This document shows, in pieces, positions 1 through 10,585 of a DNA stretch of 64,000 nucleotides. The translations under genes were made by a program, and so were the position numbers. Position 1 is the stretch's first letter. Each line of letters begins with the position of its first letter. Origin of the DNA: Paramoeba atlantica (lineage: Eukaryota; Protista; Discosea); assembly GCA_977017575.1 (NCBI GenBank), contig CDRNVI010000103.1, forward strand, positions 1 through 64,000, given 5' to 3'. Under the pieces are notes generated by a model. That model worked only from the letters and a program-made list of their open reading frames with translations, was not told the origin of the DNA and did not search any database.

Positions 1-1670
1 ATCTCGTTCCCCTAGCGAAGAACTTTGCCGCCTTTTTTTCATAGAGACCCCCTGGTGCCCTGTCGGTGATTCGAAAGTTGGCAAAAAACAGAAATTTTGG
101 ATTTTTAATCATATTCAGAAAAAGTAACACCAACCAAAAAAATATATTTAAAAATGCTTATCCTAGAAGAAAACCACAACGAATCAATAACCAGAATGTC
201 CTCCATTGTTTTGCAGTACTTTTCGAAGCCTATTGGGAACCGAATCAATGGAGTTTAACACTTTTTGTTTCTCAGGGGATCCTTTTAGGAAGGAAAAAGC
301 TTTTTTAATGGCTTGTGCAAGGGTGGCGTGATCGTGAGGCTTAATTTTGTTTTTTATAATTTTATCCTTTTGTCCCCAAACATTTTCAATAGGATTTAGA
401 TCAGGCGAGTTTGGCGGCCAAGATAGAAATTTTATATTATTTCTTCTTAATTCGGCCTTCGCCATATTGTGGGTCGTGGCGTTGTCCATTTGGACCGTGA
501 CATCCCTCAAATGATTTTTGAGGTAAGCTAAAAAGCCGTTCGGTTTTTGAAACGCCTCAAGAATCACTTCCCTAGAGACCTTGTGTGTGTTATCATAACT
601 TGTGCGGTCATTAGGCTCAAAAACATGCAAAAAAAGCCATGCTGAACGCTTATTCCCATCCAGGCCATCACGCCCTTTCCCCCATACCATCTCCGGTTTC
701 TCCGGCGAGGTTTTCTCGGACCCCCTTTTTTTGTAATGTAAAACTGAGAACCGTGGACCCCACAGGTAAACAACTTCTCATCTGTCCAAATAATTTTATT
801 CAAATCATCTTTTGGCTATAAAAGCAATTCATTTGCCAGCCGCAGGCGCTGCAATTTGTGATCTTCTGTTAGGTCACAATTAGGCCCTTTGGCCAATCTG
901 CCATAATTTTTTGCTCTTAAAATAGACTTAACCTTACTTAAGGAACATTCATATCCCATATTTTAAACCTGTTCATGTACCCAACTATACGTCAGGCACC
1001 CATCTTCTTTTTCATTTTCTTCATCCACAATGTCTTTTAAAAGTGAGGTGAAACGTCGTGAAGGTTTCTTTTTACCCGGCGCTTTTTGAGGTGAAAGATC
1101 TTCACCTTCTCTCCATTTTTTTATGAAACGGCTTATTGTACGGCGAGCGCGTCCAAAGTTTTTCGCGAGCCGATGAACACTTATACCATTCTTGTATTGT
1201 TTTATTATTTCGAGACGCTCTGAAAGAGACACTTCTATAGTGCCTTTGTGCGATATTGGGGGGGTAGTTTAGCCTATTATCTTTCCACCCTTCTACATAT
1301 TCACCACTTTTAGGGTTAGTCGGTCTTGTATTCATGTTGTTGAGGTTTGAAAAACTCTATTAAATAGCTATTGGTGCTTCTACAGAAACATTGCTTGAGC
1401 ATAAAGAAATTAGAAGACTATTTAAGCTTACACACATTCAAATAAACCACAAAAACATGAAATTATCGGGAAAAAATGGTTGTGTACACAGAACACGTCC
1501 AAAAAACAGTGTTTTTTGGACCCAGGGGGCACCAGGGGGTCTCTATAAAAAAAGGCGGCAAAGCTCTTCGCTACGGGAACGAGATCTCTTCAATGCTGCA
1601 AAGATGAGCAAAAACGGATAAAAAAATTAAATTTTCCCAGGAGGGGGCAAGATCAACAACCGCCCCTGTA
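1..1670 (-). mobile_element. Tc1/mariner element, family A (CAGGGG-type TIR), left end runs off the window
   Basis: Bases 1-60 are the reverse complement of ~1527-1585 (long TIR). Right end is CCCCTG followed by TA at 1669-1670. Encloses a broken transposase. Confidence 0.85.
184..1232 (-). pseudogene. Tc1-like DDE transposase pseudogene
   Basis: HTH-like N-terminus (963-1232), WTDE first Asp (564-803), QMDNATTH...WPPNSPDLNPIENVW (184-690). Frameshifts at homopolymers and an in-frame stop. Confidence 0.9.
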
Positions 1671-1833
1671 TGTATAGTATAATATTACTTCGTTCGCTGA
1701 ACTAGCGAACCTGTGAACACCCCAGCGAACCAAAAAGTAACCCATAACGAGGACTCTGTATGTCTTCTCTTCTCCTCCTATCCCCAACTCACGTTTCCCA
1801 TCTCTTTCTCCCCTTCTTTACTTTTTTCTCCCC

Positions 1834-2433
1834 ATGACCGACCCCGCCACCACCACCTACGACGACGACCCCGCGCTCGGGAAACCCCTCCCCGCGCTCT
1901 CCACGCTCCACGTCGTCCGTGGCGCCCCCCTCCCCGACCTCACCGCCCACCCCTGCTTCGTGGTCTACTTCTGGGCGAAGTACTACAAGGGGGGGCTGGG
2001 GATCTCCGAGGAGCTCACCCAGCTCCAGCAGCGCCACCCCGCGGTCCCCATCCTGGCCATCGCGGCCGACCCGGAGCTCGCCCAGGTCGAGAAATTCCTC
2101 TCGGTGGAAAAGTTCGACGAGAAGACGGGGAGGCCCGCGCGCCTGCAAGTGGCCGCGGTGTGCTTCGACCCCCACGGGGCGGTGCGCAAGGCGTTCGCGG
2201 CCTCCGTGATGGACGGGGCCGCGGTGAGTGTGCCGCAGGGGTTTGTGGTGCGGGACGGGAAGATTGGGTGGCGCCAGGTGTTCTCGCAGAGTTTGCCCGT
2301 CGGGGGGACGGATTTTGAGGAACAGATGAAAAAGGTGATGGGGGGGATGGGGTTGATCTCGCATGGGGTGAGGCCGAGGGTGGAGGCGGGGCCGGTGGAG
2401 GAGGCGGAGGCGGAGGAGATGTCGTTGTTTTGA
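1834..2433 (+). CDS. Thioredoxin-fold (redoxin/TlpA-like) protein lacking CxxC
   Basis: FVVYFWAKYYKGG strand-helix motif, PILAIAAD, VPQGFVVRDGKIGW. Biased codon usage. Confidence 0.6.
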   Translation: MTDPATTTYDDDPALGKPLPALSTLHVVRGAPLPDLTAHPCFVVYFWAKYYKGGLGISEELTQLQQRHPAVPILAIAADPELAQVEKFLSVEKFDEKTGRPARLQVAAVCFDPHGAVRKAFAASVMDGAAVSVPQGFVVRDGKIGWRQVFSQSLPVGGTDFEEQMKKVMGGMGLISHGVRPRVEAGPVEEAEAEEMSLF

Positions 2434-2836
2434 GGAAAGGGGAGGGGGAGTGAGCGGGTGTGGAAGAAAGTGGGCGAAACATACAAGAAATATTTTTTGA
2501 GGCCTGGTGAAAAAGCGACGCCCGGAGAACCGAATACAGGAAAGCTTAACTTGGAATCGCACATTTTCATCACGGAAGGCATGCCTACCCGCTCAAAATT
2601 TAATGTATTTGAGAACAAAATAACAACTTACCTTTTACCTTTACGTTACCTTTCCCTTTTGAATATGCAGTATACCCTACATCACTTTTCAACTTTTACA
2701 GACATTATATCCTCTTTTCTCTCCTTTTTCCTCTTTCCTTTTCTCTCTTTCCCCTCTTCCCCCTTTCTCTTTCCACCTCCTTTCTTTCCCTCTTCCCTAA
2801 ACACCTTTTTTTTTCCTTTTTTCTCACCTCCCTCTC

Positions 2837-3235
2837 ATGGCCGACGAGACCACCACCACCCCAACCCCCCCTCCCGCCTCGGAGGACGCCACCTCTCTGT
2901 TACGCACTGTGCTACGCGGGGCGCACAACGCGAACGGTCTGCTCCGCGGTCTCTCGCAAACCGCCCGGGCCCTGGACAAAGGGGTCTGTAAGCTCTGCGT
3001 GCTCGCGGAAGACTGCGAGGAGGAGGCCGCGAAGAATCTGATCACCGCGCTGGCCCGAGAGCACTCGGTGGATCTGCTCCGGGTCCCGAGCCGAGCGGAC
3101 CTCGGGGAGCTCGCGGGCCTGGTGAAGTACGACATGGACCACGCCGTGAAGAAGACCATCGGGACCAGCGCGGTCGCGGTGACGGTGGTCCCGGAGTGCG
3201 TGACGGAGTTCCAAAAACTTTTGGGGAAAAAATAA
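2837..3235 (+). CDS. RPS12: 40S ribosomal protein S12 (eS12, L7Ae family)
   Basis: GLLRGLSQTARALDKGVCKLCVLAEDCEE...ALAREHSVDLLRV...LGELAGL...KTIGTSAVAV. Confidence 0.9.
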   Translation: MADETTTTPTPPPASEDATSLLRTVLRGAHNANGLLRGLSQTARALDKGVCKLCVLAEDCEEEAAKNLITALAREHSVDLLRVPSRADLGELAGLVKYDMDHAVKKTIGTSAVAVTVVPECVTEFQKLLGKK

Positions 3236-3516
3236 AGGATAAAAAGGGAAGGGGAAGGGGAAGGAAGGGGGAAGAAGAAGAAATGTGTAAAAGGAAAGAG
3301 GAAAAGAAAATTTGGGGAAAGATAAAAGGTTTGTGTTCCAATGTTGTGTGGGAAATGCAAGAGGCACTCTATATTGTATTCTTAAAGTAAGTAACATAAT
3401 ATACAATGTGTCAAAGTGTCCTTACGAAATGAGAAGTCGTTGGAATGAACACTCCTACTAAAGTTGTTACTCTATCTATCAAACAAAATCTTTTTCATTT
3501 CCTTCTTATTCCACCA

Positions 3517-4644
3517 ATGGGCCTACTCGAAAAGAAACGTGACATTGAGGAAGAAATTGCTCGCACACAGAAAAATAAAAAGACAGAACACCACCTCGGT
3601 CGGCTCAAGGGCAAACTTGCGCAAATCAAAACACAAATCCTTGAGGCCTCTTCCAAATCCAAGGCCACCGGGGACGGCTTCGATGTGCGGAAAAGCGGGG
3701 ACGTGCGGGTCGCCCTTGTCGGGTTTCCCTCCGTCGGCAAAAGCTCGTTTCTGGGAAAATTCACCACCACCCAAAGCGCCACCGCGGCCTACGAGTTCAC
3801 CACACTCACCTGCATCCCGGGCATCCTGGAGTACAAAGGCACAGAGATTCAAATCCTGGATCTTCCCGGAATTCTCGAGGGCGCCTCCGAAGGCAAGGGC
3901 CGGGGGCGGCAAGTGATTGCCACCGCGCGCACCGCCGATCTCATCCTGCTCATGATGGATGCGGAGAAGGCAGAGGTCCAGCGTCGGCTGCTGACGGCTG
4001 AGCTCGAGAGCGTCGGGCTTCGTCTCAACTGCGCGCCTCCAAAAATTTCGTTGAAAAAAAAGCCTAGCGGTACGCGAAATTTAATTTCCTACAGCTGTAC
4101 CTGTGGGCCGCTGACCCGCGGGCTCTCGGAGAGGCTCGTATGTGACTTACTCCGGGAGTACAAAATCCACAACGCGGAGGTGGTGATTCGAGAGGACTGC
4201 CCCGTGGAGGGTTTGATTGATGTGCTCGAGGGCAACCGGCGGTACGTCCCCGCGCTCCATGTGTACAATAAAATCGACAACGTGTGTATGGAGGAAATTG
4301 ACCGCCTGGCACGTCTCCCGCATAGTGTGGTGATGTCGCTGGCGTGGGAGCTGAATTTTGAGGCCGTGCGACGGGGGTTGTGGGAACATCTCGGGCTGGT
4401 GCGGGTGTATACCCGGCGACGAGGGGAGGCGATGCCGGATTTTGAAAAACCGTTTATTTTGGAATCCTCGGAGAGGAAAGAGGCCAGGGTGAGCCGGGTG
4501 TGTGATCGCATCCATAAGGATATGGTGGACAAGTTTAAGTACGCCGTGGTGTGGGGCACGAGTTGTCGTTACCAACCGCAGCGTGTTGGGCTGCGTCATG
4601 TTCTCGAGGATGAGGACGTGATTATGATTGTAAGTGCGGGGTAA
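3517..4644 (+). CDS. DRG2: Developmentally regulated GTP-binding protein (DRG2-like)
   Basis: EIARTQKNKKTEHHLG, G1 GFPSVGKS, YEFTTLT, DLPG, NKID, C-terminal TGS domain. Start inferred at Met25 of the ORF. Confidence 0.93.
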   Translation: MGLLEKKRDIEEEIARTQKNKKTEHHLGRLKGKLAQIKTQILEASSKSKATGDGFDVRKSGDVRVALVGFPSVGKSSFLGKFTTTQSATAAYEFTTLTCIPGILEYKGTEIQILDLPGILEGASEGKGRGRQVIATARTADLILLMMDAEKAEVQRRLLTAELESVGLRLNCAPPKISLKKKPSGTRNLISYSCTCGPLTRGLSERLVCDLLREYKIHNAEVVIREDCPVEGLIDVLEGNRRYVPALHVYNKIDNVCMEEIDRLARLPHSVVMSLAWELNFEAVRRGLWEHLGLVRVYTRRRGEAMPDFEKPFILESSERKEARVSRVCDRIHKDMVDKFKYAVVWGTSCRYQPQRVGLRHVLEDEDVIMIVSAG

Positions 4645-4808
4645 GGAGAAGGGGGGTACGTTTAGGGAAAGACATTGGTGTACCACTTTGAAAGACAAGG
4701 GTGTGGGGTATCATGTCCAGTGCACCAAAATTTTATTGCGCCGAGCGCTCGAAGACGACTGTATGACAGCGAAAACAATTAGGCTAGCCGCCATATCCGA
4801 GTGTACCT

Positions 4809-5032
4809 TGTTGGGGATATTTGCCAAAACAACTTATCGTCCTTAGCCTTACGAGAAATCAGCTCAAAGGGGAAATGCAGCTCTCGGGAATGTCTTATAA
4901 CCTCGAGTTCATAAATATGGGAGAAAATGAATTTCGACGCAATCGCCGGAAAGTCTTCTTGAAAGATAAAGTATACGTAATACAGGAATCACCGCCTTGA
5001 ACGACTCTACTCGCCGAGGATTTTCTTTTTAG
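4809..5032 (+). pseudogene. LRR gene relic (internally deleted paralog of 7363-7725)
   Basis: Nucleotide match to 7350-7480 and to the 3' end ...ggattttctttttag. Confidence 0.75.
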
Positions 5033-5192
5033 GCTGCTTAAATGTGATTTTTTTATGTAAATTTGTATGTAAATAAGGCGTAGACTTAAGATGATATGTT
5101 TTTCATGCAGTGTATTTCAACAATATTTCAATGTAGCTCAGTTCTATCTTCAGTCTGTTAGTGTTCTATCTTAAGTTCCCTGTCACTGATAA

Positions 5193-5933
5193 ATGGATCC
5201 GAGTGTAGCTCGACGCCCTTCTAAAGTTCAATACGTGCTTCTACCAGCAGAACTACAGCTCACGCGTTTCCTGGATGAGACGACAGGAATTAAACAAATA
5301 TTCGATTTGAGTGCCCCTGGATGTACGTGGCACGGTGTACGCTGCGATGAAAGTAACAGGATTGTTTTAGTTGATTGGGTTTCGGTAAGAATCGCGAATC
5401 TTCATTGGGAGCACATCCCCCCTCATCTTTCGGAACTTCACTTAGGCTTCAACGATTTGCGATGTGTTTTACCAACTGGAATTTTGCCGCAGAGTCTTCA
5501 AGTACTGAGTTCTTCCCGCAACGAAATGCATGGATCGGTAGATCTCAGTGCGCTTCCCTCTGCTTTAAAAACCCTCATGTTGCGGTCCAATGCTTTTACA
5601 GGAGAAATCATGTTGGATTCTTTACCACCCGAAATGACAGAATTAAATCTAAGCAAAAATAGATTATTCGGTTCAATATTCCTCAATGCGTTACCTTCAT
5701 CTCTGGCCATTTTGGATTTATCTTCAAACAGATTTAGCGGCATGCTTGATCTTTGTCCGCTAAACAACGGAATAAACGCTTTATGGTTGTATGGAAATCA
5801 ATTTTCTTGTATACTAGATCTACGCAATCCTCCTGACTCGTTAATGGAGTTCAATGTATGGAATAAAGGGTGTGAATTCCGTCCACCTGTGTCAGGATGG
5901 AAGAACTTTAATGAGTATTGGAGACGTCCCTGA
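5193..5933 (+). CDS. LRR family protein with LRRNT-like cap
   Basis: CTWHGVRC cap, repeated LPxxLxxLxLxxNxFxG units. Confidence 0.9.
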   Translation: MDPSVARRPSKVQYVLLPAELQLTRFLDETTGIKQIFDLSAPGCTWHGVRCDESNRIVLVDWVSVRIANLHWEHIPPHLSELHLGFNDLRCVLPTGILPQSLQVLSSSRNEMHGSVDLSALPSALKTLMLRSNAFTGEIMLDSLPPEMTELNLSKNRLFGSIFLNALPSSLAILDLSSNRFSGMLDLCPLNNGINALWLYGNQFSCILDLRNPPDSLMEFNVWNKGCEFRPPVSGWKNFNEYWRRP

Positions 5934-6208
5934 TCTTTTAATTATTCAAATTGGGTAATGTACAGCGTACAGTGCTCGTACAAAAGAATTTACGTAAAAA
6001 TGCGTGACGTAAAAAATAATTAAATTATTTTAGTCCAAGCTCTTGGTACGACGAATCGAAAGGACCGCTAAATCCTCACTTTTTGGAAAGAACGGCGCCA
6101 CATTATACCGAAATCGGGGCAACGATAACTTATATTGTACCCAAAAGAATATTTTTTCTATTTTTTAGTGTCTCGATTATAGAGCTTTCAATACTTGGTT
6201 TTCCTGAC

Positions 6209-6822
6209 ATGTGCACCTGTTTTGACCTTCGCTGAGTCCTCAGGTGGAAGCATGATGAGGATATTCCGCAAGATTTTGTGTCCTTAAAGAATCACGGAGT
6301 AGTGCTGGATGAACTTTGCCCTAATCATAAGACATCAGGTTCACCACATAAAAGAAATAAGTTGCTCCGCGTATGTTGGAGAAGGAATGGAAACGCAAAG
6401 CGTCGAAAGCGATTAAGCAGTTTGGCTCCTTATTTTTCGGCTAAGCAAAAGATGTCAAAGATGAAATTCATGTTCTGGATTAAGCTATGTAAGAGGGTCG
6501 AAATGTCTAGTATAGCTTCCCAGTGTATGGTCAGCCGGGTGACTGCTTTTGAATGGAAACGTCAACTTCTAAGATGGGTGTCGAAGGCCGTTGAAGAGCC
6601 CAACAAGACTATATGGTTTTCGAAGTGTGCGGTGGACGAAACCTTTCTGGCAGCAAGCATCGCTTCCGGGCGCTTTTGCTGTCCCTTAAATCTGTTAAGA
6701 AAGAAATTATTTTGACAGAAGGTGAGGAATCTTGTTCTGATTCATCTGAAAGAGAAGAAGCTGAAGGTAACGAAGGTGAAGAAGATGACACGTGGAACAT
6801 AATACAACAATTCATGTCGTAA
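6209..6822 (+). pseudogene. Merlin (IS1595/ISXO2-like) transposase, internally deleted
   Basis: N-terminus homologous to the 21865 copy up to AVDETF, then jumps to the C-terminal RALLLSLK/acidic tail. Second Asp and Glu regions missing. Confidence 0.75.
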
Positions 6823-7362
6823 AGAGGAAGCGAGTGTTCAAGATGAAAGCAATGTATTCTGTTAAAAAGTGGTCCAAAAAAATTATTTTTGAAAGTGGGT
6901 ACGATATAAGTTGTCTGCACCCCGAAATCGATGAGGTTTCGAAGTTTCGCAGGAAAGGAAGTACTCACACGCTTTATGATCTGTATTGTCATCCAGAGTA
7001 CATTCTTGGACCACAATGCCGTTGGAACGTTTTGCTCCTAACGTTAGAGCTCGTGCGAGGGAAAGCTCCGCTGTGATTCCCGCTTCGAAGTGGCCTTTCT
7101 CGGTTAGAAATGGGACGGCCTCGTGGGCGTCAGGGAAATACGGTCAGTGAGAAGATTCAGAGTGCCTTAGGCGAAGGGATACTTCCCGGGAATTTATTAG
7201 GCGGAAGCCTTTCTCTCGAGATGGATGGAGCCTTGGCAGGTCCTCGAGGGAGGTCGCCTGACGCTTGGGGGGAGTGAAGTGTCATGGAAATGGATGTATT
7301 TCCCATGTGTTCTTATCGGCTTGTAGATAACTTGTTCGTTCTTTCAACTTTGTTGGGAATAT

Positions 7363-7725
7363 TTGCCAAAACAACTTATCGTCCTTAGCCTTCCGAAAAA
7401 CCAGCTTAAAGGGGAAATACCGCTCTCGGAAATGCCTTATGACCTTGAGTTCATAAGTGTGGGAGAAAATGAATTTGGCGGCAGCATTGATTTACAGCAT
7501 CTTCCGCCGACCTTGAAATATCTTTACTTGCATGACAATTTATTTGATTGTCAGATTAAGTTTACCTTATTGCCGAAAAGTCTCGTTGAACTCGATTTGC
7601 AGAACAACGATAAACTGCGAGGGGAGCTTGATGTTTCGTTACTACCGGAGTCCTTAAGGTACAGTGTGTGTAATACAGGAATCGTCGCTTTGAATGGCCC
7701 TACTGAAAGAGGATTTTCTTTTTAG
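7363..7725 (+). pseudogene. 5'-truncated or frameshifted LRR gene
   Basis: LRR units only, no in-frame cap or ATG. Confidence 0.7.
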
Positions 7726-8128
7726 CCTGTCTTTCTATTTCAAATTCTTTTTATTTCTGTAGACTTTGGAAACGTATTTTTGCAAGCTTCGGAATTTGAA
7801 TCTTGTATATACAAGAGTAGTTGGAAATATGAATAATACAAAACTCACATTTTACAGGGGTGTAAAGTTAAACAGGGGTGTAGTATACATGTATGTCTTG
7901 TTTTTTATCCGCGATATAAATTTTAATTTTAAATCACTATTAATTTAGAAAAACAAATTGATTAATTTTTAACTCATTATTTTAATTTTAATTCAATGTT
8001 TCTAGAAAATAGTAGTTTCAAAATACTATACGTGAACGGGGCACTAAATATTTCCTATTTGACCCCTTTCCTTATCCTTTGGAACTCCAGTCGCAAATTT
8101 ATGATCAAATCTTTTACAAGATATTATT

Positions 8129-8200
8129 AAAGGTTGTCGGTTAAAAAAGGTTATCGGTTTGAAAAAGTTATCGATTAAAAAATGTTATCGGTTAAAAAAA
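8129..8200. repeat. Tandem repeat, ~17 bp x4 (AAAAGGTTATCGGTT)
   Basis: Four degenerate copies visible. Confidence 0.7.
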
Positions 8201-8204
8201 CGAA

Positions 8205-8560
8205 AGGTTTCAATGATGGATTCCGGAAGTTGAGTCCGATTTCGGGGTTTTATCCCATTTTTTATGCGGCGAGCCATAGCTGCCCACGCCACTTCAGGGT
8301 TTAAGTCAGGGGAGAGAGGGGGAAGTCAATACGCCTTTTCGAGTACTTTTTTTTCACTTGAATGAGTTGGGGCGTTGTCCATTTGAAGGATGGACCTCTG
8401 GTGGGACCTCAAAAAACTAGCTATACCACTTTCCCCATACGCCAAAAGAATTTGCTCAGAATCAACTGAGGCTCTCCCTCAAAGATGAAATAGAACAACC
8501 CAAAGTTAAAAGAATATCCTATCCACAGCACTATCCCTCCCCGCTGAAAATATTTTTTGC
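8205..8560 (-). pseudogene. Degenerate Tc1 transposase relic
   Basis: Minus strand reads LQMDNAPTH...*LPPLSPDLNPEVAWA. Confidence 0.7.
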
Positions 8561-8659
8561 GGCGGTCCGATTCCAGTTGTAGCACGCCGCTCCGGGTAAA
8601 GAGATGGTTGAGTTACGCAGACCTCTCTACCTTCTGTGATAGCCAAATCCTGGACGTCA

Positions 8660-9870
8660 CTACAACATCGAATGCCGTTGTTTGCGGCTGATGAAACCGA
8701 TGATATTCTATTCGGGTACTCTTCCAGTTCTTCCCGTTATGAGCTGAAAAGAAAGTACAGTCCAATGCCTTTCTGAAAGAAATCACGTTGAATTCCTTAT
8801 CACCCGAGATGATAGAATTGAACCTAAGAAAGAATAAGTTATTCGGCTCGATTTTCTGGTAATGCGTTACCGTCATCTCTGTCCATTTTGAGTTCATCTT
8901 CAAACTAATTTAGCGGTATAATTCACTAAACAGCGGAATTAATGATTTGTGGTTGTATGGAAATCAATTTTCTTGTATACTAGATCTACGCAATCCTCCA
9001 GACGCGTTAATGGAGTTCAATGTATGGAACGAGGGATGTGAATTATTTCTCCTGTGCTAGGATGGACGAACTACAGGGGGTGGCACGAAAATATGGGGGG
9101 GTCAAAATTTTTACAACTTGTCCAATTTTGGAAAGTAGCACCGCATTCGAGAGCTCTCGCAGAGATACGTGTCACCTGATATTGCGTTTCCTGTATCCAG
9201 GGGGGTAGGTCCCTATGCCGAAGGGGCTGAAAACAGTAATTGCAAGTTTGAAATTTTGAAAAATATGTCATTTAATATCCACAATGTCCTCCATTTTTTA
9301 GTAATGTAATCTTAATACGAGTTGGAACTGTCCTCAAAGTGTCTAAAAATGATTTTTTCTGTTCTCCTTTCAACAATTCAATCCCAGATGCGATCGCCGA
9401 TCGCAACTCTGACCGATTTGTGGGGCATAATGAGCTTTTGTGGGCATAAGTTATCCCACAAACATTTTCTTCGTACTCGCTTACTAAAAGTATGTGGTAG
9501 GTGACTTTAAGCTGTCCTCGAGGACTGTAACAATTCCGATCACGGTGCTGTACACCCCTGCCATTGGAATAAACCTGTTTCTGTTGGATAACGAGGCGGA
9601 AAGGTAAAAAAATAGAAGGAAAATACCTAAAATATCGAAAAAATCGAAGAATCTGAAGAAAATTGCAAGCTCCAAAAACGTATTTATTTGTCCTGAATTA
9701 AAAAATTAAAATCACGGGAAACGCAATATCAGGTGACACGTATCTCTGCGAGAGCTCGCAGAGAATGCGGTGCTACTTTCCAAAATTGGACAATTTATAT
9801 GAATTTTGACCCCACCCCATATTTTCGGGCCACCCCCTGTATAAACATTGGAGACGTCACTAATCTTTTC
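8660..9870 (+). pseudogene. LRR pseudogene (paralog of 5193-5933) interrupted by a MITE
   Basis: 8760-9070 aligns to ~5585-5900. Alignment resumes after the MITE (ttggagacgtc). Confidence 0.8.
9074..9839. mobile_element. Non-autonomous Tc1-type element/MITE, ~118-bp TIRs, TA TSD
   Basis: CAGGGGGTGGCACGAAAATATGG... (9074-9191) inverted at 9717-9839. TA at 9072-73 and 9840-41. Confidence 0.92.
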
Positions 9871-9964
9871 GTTATTTTGCTTCTTTATTAGTCCCATATA
9901 CGATTTTGGGTAAATCTCGATCTTTTTAACAGAATAAAATACTGCCGCTTCGCGCATGCGAACC

Positions 9965-10412
9965 TGAAAAGAACAACGATAAACTTCGAGGCCTTATGAT
10001 TCTCTATCACCGAAGTCCGTGGCCTACAATATGCGTACAGTGCGTGGCTTTATTACGGGTTAATTAAGGGACACCCCCCATCAGGTTCCCGTAATTAACC
10101 GTCCCCTAACTCTCTATTTTGTTTTCTAAGGCCCTACTATACCTTTTTCTTTCAATTATCTTCCTTTATTAATCTCCTTTTTGTTCAGTTATCTTACAAA
10201 TACATTTTTATGTGTGCCTGATAACTTGCGCGCTCTGTTACTTGGGCGCTACACCTGTAGTTCTTTTGTCCCATTCCAAAGGTATGACCCCACCCCTATA
10301 TTATCCCTTAAATACCCGTCCCGTAATTAAGCCGTCCCGTAATAACACCACGCACTGTAATACAGGAAGCACTTTTTTGAACGGCCCTACGCGCCGAGGA
10401 TTTTCTTTTTAG
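9965..10412 (+). pseudogene. LRR 3'-end relic interrupted by a MITE
   Basis: Flanks match 7600-7725 (agaacaacgataaact... and atacaggaa...ggattttctttttag). Confidence 0.7.
10038..10357. mobile_element. MITE, TIR CAGTGCGTGG..TTATTACGGG, TA TSD
   Basis: Inverted termini, TA at 10036-37 and 10358-59, empty site present in paralogs. Confidence 0.88.
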
Positions 10413-10585
10413 CCTAATTAAATATCCAATTCTTTAAACGTTAACACTCCCAGAGCTACTTAACATTCCACTCCGGAACGTTAAACCAGACTGGTTTATG
10501 TTCCGCATTTTACTACTGGAGAATCGTCTTTCTTAGAATTTTTCTTTCATATTTTTCCGCATCATATTTCATACTGATATCAGAC

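Noticed and set aside
1713-2618. Several overlapping Pro/Arg/Gly-rich ORFs on both strands
   Set aside because: Shadow frames of the GC-skewed 1834-2433 gene. The same applies at 50-52 kb and 55-57 kb.
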